Shown here one piece after another: positions 58,175 through 64,000 of a stretch of DNA of 64,000 nt. The translations under genes were made by a program, and so were the position numbers. Under the pieces are notes generated by a model. It was not told the DNA's origin and did no database searches. It saw nothing but the letters and a program-made list of their open reading frames with translations. Origin of the DNA: Armatimonadota bacterium (GTDB lineage Bacteria > Armatimonadota > SYMT01); the NCBI GenBank assembly GCA_041690135.1, contig JAWLHY010000013.1, positions 202,306 through 266,305 on the forward strand, written 5' to 3'. Positions within the stretch are counted from its first letter, which is position 1, and each line of letters begins with the position of its first letter.

Positions 58175-59506
58175 CTACGCCTCAGAATGCGCGGGCAAGA
58201 CGCGAACTTCCTTCAGACCCAGGGCCAATACCCCACCATAAATGCCCACCGCGCTTCCCAGGATGAACGCGGCGGGATACCCCCACCCTTCCGCAATTCC
58301 GCCGAGGAGGAGCGGCGCCGCCGCCGTGAGGAGTTGCGCGGTGGTGACCGCGCCGATCGCCATCGCGTGGTCGCGTTGGGGGACGATCTCCAGCAGGTAG
58401 TTCACCAGGAGCTGGTAGAGCGGGAAACGCAGGCCCACCATGGTGTAAACCCCGAGGTACCAGCCCCAGTGCCCGCGGAACGGCTCCCAGCCCCCCAGGA
58501 TCCAGGCGACCAGCGGAATCAGTCCTTCGACCCACATCAGCGCACAGATAATGTGCCGGTTCCCCCGTCGATCGGCAACCCGGCCCAGGATGCTGCTGGA
58601 GAGCGACTGCCAGAACACCTGGAACACCGTCGCCATGATCACCGCCTCCGGGGACATGGTTCCTGAAGCGCGCCAATACCCGGTGTAGAACTGGAGCATA
58701 CTCCCCATCACGCCTACGATCACGTTCACCCAGATCAGCCGGCGCAGGTTGTCGTTCTCCCGGCCGAGCTTCACGAACACCCGGATGTTGGCGATCGGAT
58801 TGAAGTTGCGCTTGGGGGAGATGGAGTGCGGCTCCTGGATGAAGAGCAGCGACACTCCCGCCATCAGGAAGAAGAGGACGGTAAAGGAGAAGGCAAGCGC
58901 GTAGTTGCGCGGCTCGGGAAACGCCCCACTGCGGATGACGCTGTAGATCGCCAGGATCGCACCCACGTTGATCACGCCGGAGAGCGTCATTCCTACAGCC
59001 ATGGCTCTTCCGCGCTGACCGGCGGGGATGATCTTGCCCAGCAACGCGCCCTGCGCCACGGAAGTGCAGCCCAGGAAGATGAAGAAGAGCGTGTAGCACG
59101 CGCCGAAGACCCAGATACTCACCGAGCGGTCCGCCGCCACCGGTAGCCAGAGGTATACGGTGAGCCCCCCCCAGGCCGCGACGGTGATCCCCCAGAAGAC
59201 GAGTAAGGCGGACCGTTTGTGCGCGAACCGGTCGACCAGTGGGGCGGCAATGAGGGGCGAAAGGTTCCGGCCGACGGAGTTGAGCGTCGTGAACAACCCC
59301 ATCACCGCCGGGGAAGCCGAAAGGAAGCTCACGATACCGGCCATCAGCGTGGCCTCCATCTTGAACTGCCATCCGATCCGGTAGAAGAACTGGTACGCCA
59401 CCCACGCCCAGAAGTTGCGGGGAACGAAGGGGATCTCTTCGGATGGGGTCGAGGTCTGCCGGGGCTCGCGGGAAGTCTCGCCGTGCTGGGGGGAAGTGGG
59501 GGGCAA
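58175..59506 (-). CDS. MFS transporter
   Basis: About 12 TM segments; GRVADRRG motif; start uncertain. Confidence 0.85.
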   Translation of the reverse strand: MPPTSPQHGETSREPRQTSTPSEEIPFVPRNFWAWVAYQFFYRIGWQFKMEATLMAGIVSFLSASPAVMGLFTTLNSVGRNLSPLIAAPLVDRFAHKRSALLVFWGITVAAWGGLTVYLWLPVAADRSVSIWVFGACYTLFFIFLGCTSVAQGALLGKIIPAGQRGRAMAVGMTLSGVINVGAILAIYSVIRSGAFPEPRNYALAFSFTVLFFLMAGVSLLFIQEPHSISPKRNFNPIANIRVFVKLGRENDNLRRLIWVNVIVGVMGSMLQFYTGYWRASGTMSPEAVIMATVFQVFWQSLSSSILGRVADRRGNRHIICALMWVEGLIPLVAWILGGWEPFRGHWGWYLGVYTMVGLRFPLYQLLVNYLLEIVPQRDHAMAIGAVTTAQLLTAAAPLLLGGIAEGWGYPAAFILGSAVGIYGGVLALGLKEVRVLPAHSEA

Positions 59507-59647
59507 GGGGTACTACTCCTTCGAAGGTTATACCACCTCGGTCCAACGTTCGTGTGATTTCCGTCACCCAAGGTCAAGCCCCAGACTAACCGGTCCCACG
59601 GGCTGGGTATAGTCGGGTCGGAACGAGGCTATGAGGAGGTGAATACC

Positions 59648-60070
59648 TTGACAAGTGAGGGAATGCTGAACAACTACCTGCTTCCCTGCACCAGCATGAT
59701 GGAGATCCGGCACCGGAGAACCGACGAGATCGTGCTGCACCGCGTGGAGTCCACCACGTTGGAAGGCACGGATCTGTCCGGCGCGAACCTGCGCAACGCC
59801 AACCTGCGGCGATTGCGCTGTGCCGGCGCGGTGTTCCGGAACGCCAATCTCCACGACGCCGATCTGTCGGAAGCCGATCTTCGCAAGGCGGACTTCCGGC
59901 ACGCGACGCTCTGGGGGGCGAACCTGACCGGAGCCGATCTGCGTGGCGCCGACCTGACAGGAGCGATCCTGCTGGGGGCGCGGCTGGCCCAGGTGAAGTA
60001 CGACGGGGACACCCGCTGGCCGGACGGTTTCCATCCCCCGGCCGGGGCGCCCGAGGGAACCGTGGACTGA
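59648..60070 (+). CDS. Pentapeptide repeat protein
   Basis: A(D/N)L repeats, C-terminal TRWPDGF; SD GAGGAGG before TTG 59648. Confidence 0.88.
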   Translation: MTSEGMLNNYLLPCTSMMEIRHRRTDEIVLHRVESTTLEGTDLSGANLRNANLRRLRCAGAVFRNANLHDADLSEADLRKADFRHATLWGANLTGADLRGADLTGAILLGARLAQVKYDGDTRWPDGFHPPAGAPEGTVD

Positions 60071-60326
60071 CCCCGCACGGTCAAGGGCTATTCGGAACGC
60101 CAGGAGCCGCATCCAGTTCCAGGACCGGCTCCAACGGAAGCAGGGAGGGACGGGGCGCGTGTCGGACTGTGGAATAGGTGCACCGATTTATTCGGGACAC
60201 CCACTCACAAACGTGCTGCCGTCCTGACCTGGTTGCTCTCTCGAAGAAATTAGGGGAGAAATCTGCACACTCTCCGCTCAGTTCCTCGCCCCCACCCTTG
60301 AGCGGCGGGACTTTCGAAGATCCCTC

Positions 60327-61319
60327 ATGCCCATCGTTCTCAACCCCTCACAACTCCGCAGCTATCGCTGCGCACTGCTGCTCCCCTGCGCCCTCGCCGG
60401 CGCCGTTTCCCTGGCCCAGCCCGGCCCGGACCGGCTGTTCATCGCCTGCTCCTCCTACCGGGAGAACCTGGGGTACCCGCGCGTCTACTTCTACCGGCAC
60501 GATGGGGTGAGCTCCGGCACCGCGGCGGGAAACATGGAGCCCGGCCAGACCCGGAGCGACCACCGGCCCGCGCTCAGCCAGGCCGGACGCCTCTGCGCCT
60601 CCACCCAGGAGGTGGTGGGCAAGGTGAGCCAGATCGCGCTATGGGATGTGGAGGAGCGGAAGGTGATGCCGCTCCCCAACCTGGGCGCCGGGGTGGCCGA
60701 CCTGGGCCCCTCGCTCAGCGGTGACGGTCGCTGGCTCGCCTTCTCCACCTGGCGTCGCCCTGGCCCTACCGGCTGGAACGTGTTCCTCTACGACCGGGAC
60801 GCCGGCAAAGTGGAAGAGCCCGCCGGCCTCAACTCAGACGCCGACGACCGCATGCCGTCGTTGAGCGCGGACGGTCGCTGGCTGGCCTTCGCCTCTTCCC
60901 GGCCCGGCGGCGCGGGTCTCTCGGATATCTACCTGTACGACCGGCAGCAGAAGGCGCTCGTCCCGCTCCCCGGCCTCAACGGCCCCACCAGCGAGGTGGA
61001 ACCCACGATTAGCGGGGACGGCCGCTATCTCGCCTTCGCCTCCGTACGAACGACCGGGGAGGGACAGCTCGACATCTACCTGTACGACCGGCAGACCTCC
61101 CGGCTGCTCCCCCTCCCCGGCCTCAACTCCGACGCCCCCGAACAGGCGCCTGCTCTCACGGCCGACGGCCGCTATCTCGCCTTCGTCTCCGAACGCCTCG
61201 ACGGCGCCGGCCACCGCGACATCTATCTCTACGACCGCCAGGCAGGCAAGCTACTCCCCACCCCCGGCCTCAACTCCGAACGCGACGACGTCGACCCCGC
61301 CATCATCTACACCCGCTAA
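60327..61319 (+). CDS. TolB-like beta-propeller (PD40 repeats)
   Basis: Repeated PSLS.DGRWLAF.S...DIYLYDR. Confidence 0.9.
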   Translation: MPIVLNPSQLRSYRCALLLPCALAGAVSLAQPGPDRLFIACSSYRENLGYPRVYFYRHDGVSSGTAAGNMEPGQTRSDHRPALSQAGRLCASTQEVVGKVSQIALWDVEERKVMPLPNLGAGVADLGPSLSGDGRWLAFSTWRRPGPTGWNVFLYDRDAGKVEEPAGLNSDADDRMPSLSADGRWLAFASSRPGGAGLSDIYLYDRQQKALVPLPGLNGPTSEVEPTISGDGRYLAFASVRTTGEGQLDIYLYDRQTSRLLPLPGLNSDAPEQAPALTADGRYLAFVSERLDGAGHRDIYLYDRQAGKLLPTPGLNSERDDVDPAIIYTR

Positions 61320-61401
61320 CCGCCCCCCATCGGTCCCAGCCGGCTCATAGCCCCGGATGGGCGACGAAGCTGGGTCGGGCACATACACCGCACTGCCGGT
61401 T

Positions 61402-61450
61402 CATAGCCCCGAAGGGGCGGTGAGACAATAGCCGGGGGTGCAAACCCCCG
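61402..61450. repeat. REP-like hairpin pair
   Basis: GCCCCGAAGGGGC and CCGGGGG-TGCAAA-CCCCCGG between convergent genes; a similar CCCGCGGTTTTAACCGCGGG lies at about 52214-52233. Confidence 0.55.
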
Positions 61451-61561
61451 GACTCTGCACCCACACAGAAAAGCCCCGGCGCATGCGTCCGTATGGAAGG
61501 GGCGACAGAGGGATTCCCCCTTTGTGCCCTTCGTGTCTTCGTGGTTCAATCCCCACCCCGC

Positions 61562-62506
61562 CTAGAATGGGAACAGCTTGCGAAGTTCCTCCTTGCCCGG
61601 GCGGCGACCATACTCACAAATCTCGAACGCTTCCGCGTGCTTGATCTGGTCCGCCTTCTCCTTGCCATACCACTGCGCCAGTTGCCCGCGGAAACGGTTG
61701 GCAGGCCCCGCAAACCGGGCGCGGAACCGCTCGCGGACGTCGGCCCGGCGCCGCTCCCGGCCGGTCTCGTTGCTCGGGATATTGGCGGCGGAGCCGTTCG
61801 CGCCACCCTCGAAGAACTGCGACTCGAGCGCGTCCATCGCGTCCAGCTTCTTGTCTACCACCTCGTCGATGCTCACCACGATATCGGCCTGGAACGGGTT
61901 CGGCTTCTGGAAACCGTCCTCCGAGTAAAGGAACACCGGGTTCCGCGTGAGGTAGGGGGTGTCCGGGCAGAAGAACGGCACCGTCACCATGTAGGCGGCG
62001 TCCTGCATCAGCACGCCCACGTAGCGGTGGTCCGGGTGGTAATCGTTCGGCCGGTGCCCGATCACAATGTCCGCCTTCCAGTCCCGGATGAGCCGCGTCA
62101 GGATCCGCCGGTTCTCCAGCGTCGGCATCAGCTCGCCGTCGTGGATATCCAGCACCTCCGTCTCGATCCCCAGGATTTCCGCGCACTTCTGCACTTCCGC
62201 CGCCCGGCGCTGCGCCAGCGGACCCCCCGCCATCTGCCAGTGACCGATGTCGCCGTTCGTCACCGACACGAACTTCACGTGGTGCCCCTGCGCCGCCCAC
62301 TTCGCGGCCACGCCCGCCGCCCGCAATTCCGCATCGTCCGGGTGCGCCCCGAACACCAGCACCCGCACCTTGCCGTCGTTCGGCACCACGGCCGGCGCTG
62401 CCTCGGCCCGCCGCCCCACATGCTCCCCGGTCAGCGCCAGGATCGCGCTCGCCCCCACGGCGATCCCCGCCAGCATCCACTTCATCCCCGCACAACAGCG
62501 ACCCAT
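61562..62506 (-). CDS. PIG-L family deacetylase
   Basis: GAHPDD, HPDH, AEAF; SD before ATG 62506. Confidence 0.9.
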   Translation of the reverse strand: MGRCCAGMKWMLAGIAVGASAILALTGEHVGRRAEAAPAVVPNDGKVRVLVFGAHPDDAELRAAGVAAKWAAQGHHVKFVSVTNGDIGHWQMAGGPLAQRRAAEVQKCAEILGIETEVLDIHDGELMPTLENRRILTRLIRDWKADIVIGHRPNDYHPDHRYVGVLMQDAAYMVTVPFFCPDTPYLTRNPVFLYSEDGFQKPNPFQADIVVSIDEVVDKKLDAMDALESQFFEGGANGSAANIPSNETGRERRRADVRERFRARFAGPANRFRGQLAQWYGKEKADQIKHAEAFEICEYGRRPGKEELRKLFPF

Positions 62507-62713
62507 CGGTCTCCCTCCCAAAACCCGCGTGACCCCTCCGGCCACTGCTGAATACTGCTACCAACGTTCACCACTCCCCGTCCGAAACCATCCCGAACGG
62601 GAATTTAACCGCGGAGACGCAGAGGACGCTGAGGTAGCGCAGAGGGGAAAGGAGAGGAGAGGAGAGCAGAGGAGCGCGGACGTCCCGTCCGCTTGTTGAT
62701 CGGGTATTCGGGC

Positions 62714-63788
62714 ACCCCTGTGGGGCGTAAATGTTCGGGTGTTCGGGTGTTCAGACCTGAGGCGTCGTGCCAAACCTGGCCTTGGGCGGTGAACGTTGGG
62801 AGTGCGGTCGTCAGGCACTGCCCACGCTCGTCATGGCGAGGAGCGATAGATCAGAAGTAACTTCCGCGACGCTGATGAGTTCACCGCCGAAGCACCCAAC
62901 TTGCTGACTCAGATCTCGCAAGCGACGTGGCCAGCCCCCTGGTCAGGGAAGCCGTCCTTACCCGGACCGAGAGCCCGCATTACGGGGACATTGTCCTGTG
63001 ACGAGATTCCTTATCCTTATCCATGCGCTTCTGGTCAGGGAAGTTGCCCTGTGACGGAATCCTGCTCCCACTCCTGGACCATCCACGCCGCCACCTCGTC
63101 CACCAGCAGTTATGAGACGCCTGCCTCTCGTAGCCATACAACCGGTCCCGGAGGTAGGAAAGCACCCTCTCCACCCCTTCCTCCACGATTTCAGGCGGTG
63201 GCGATTTCATCCGGGGATTGTCGCCAACCTCGAGCACTCGGAGCTTGGCGAGCCTGCCCAGTTCCGGGGGCACTGCTGTCAATCGGTTCCCGTGGAGGGA
63301 CAGGTGCGTGAGGTTGGCAAGCTGGCCCAGTTCCACTGGCACTGCCGTCAACTGATTCCCAGATAGGTTGAGGTGCCGCAGGTTGGCGAGTTGGCCCAGT
63401 TCTCGGGGCACCGTCGTCAACTGGTTTTCGGCAAGATCAAGCACCTCCAGGCGCGACAGGCTGCCGATCTCCGGCGGCAGCGACGTCAATCCCTGCCCCG
63501 AAAGGTCAAGTTCGGTAACCCCTTCCCGGCGCGCGGTCTCGATCCGCTCCAGCAGATCCGCTTCGGTCATCCTGCCCCTCCACTCCCAGCCCGGCCCGCT
63601 CCCTCACGTCCGCCTCACGGCCAGCCCGGCGCCCGCACCTTCCCATTGCCCGCAACCGCACCCCATACCTGCCCCAATCCACTCCCACCTCCCAATGTGA
63701 GCCACTACCGCCCAGCATCGCCCCACCCCACAGGAGGGTATTCAGGTATTCAGGTATTCAGGCCCGAACATTTACGCCCCACAGGGGT
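62714..63788. repeat. 26-bp perfect inverted repeats bracketing the LRR pseudogene
   Basis: ACCCCTGTGGGGCGTAAATGTTCGGG at 62714-62739 and its reverse complement at 63763-63788. Confidence 0.8.
62980..63570 (-). pseudogene. Truncated LRR-Roc(-COR) Roco-type gene
   Basis: LDLSGQGLTSLPPEIG repeats and SPPPEIVEEG..VLSYL, then frameshifted RQ/VS*LLVDE/GGV resembling the Roc P-loop entry. Confidence 0.65.
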
Positions 63789-63905
63789 CCCTGACCACCC
63801 GACCACCCGACCACCCGACCACGCGACCACCCGGCCACCCGAACACCTACAAGCCTGAATGCCCAATGCCGAACACCCGGACACCTGAACACCCGGACAC
63901 CCTGA
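63736..63905. repeat. Cluster of 8-mer tandem repeats (GTATTCAG, GACCACCC, CC(T/C)GAACA)
   Basis: Directly visible runs. Confidence 0.75.
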
Positions 63906-64000
63906 GTGTACTTCATAAGCAAGCTGGGGCTGCACGACCATACAGCCGCAGCTGCCGCGCGAACCATTCCCGCGCGGTGCGGATCCAGGAAAGTTTCCCG

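Noticed and set aside
60274-60305. Weak similarity to the MITE insertion site at 39588-39613
   Set aside because: The match is only about 30 bp, C-rich and imperfect, which is too weak to call without a genome-wide search.

Overview
High-GC bacterial chromosome segment, most likely Armatimonadota or a Planctomycete-like lineage. This is inferred from a DUF1559 prepilin-like gene, DUF1501 and PSCyt1-DUF1549-DUF1553 genes and several sulfatases. Most of the window is metabolic or housekeeping: sulfatases, SDRs, an enolase-family dehydratase, MlrC, a sugar ABC transporter with a sialidase, DUF47-Pit and PhoR, an XPB helicase pair, thioredoxins, MoxR and an HD-GYP protein. The main candidate for an undescribed system is at 11981-15454. 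There, three near-identical tRNA-like cloverleafs with an abnormal 8-bp acceptor stem, different anticodon loops and no encoded CCA lie between a cupin gene and genes for an atypical Zn-ribbon SDR and a ribonuclease-inhibitor-like LRR protein. Other signals absent from the ORF track are a candidate FmdB selenoprotein with a SECIS-like hairpin, a 46-aa small protein with its own SD and terminator, and two kinds of MITE. There is also a GxxExxY cassette with inverted ends, a decayed Roco gene between 26-bp inverted repeats, an ISKra4-like remnant, a frameshifted BON gene and a Pho-box-like repeat. All family assignments come from motif recognition by eye; no database searches were run.
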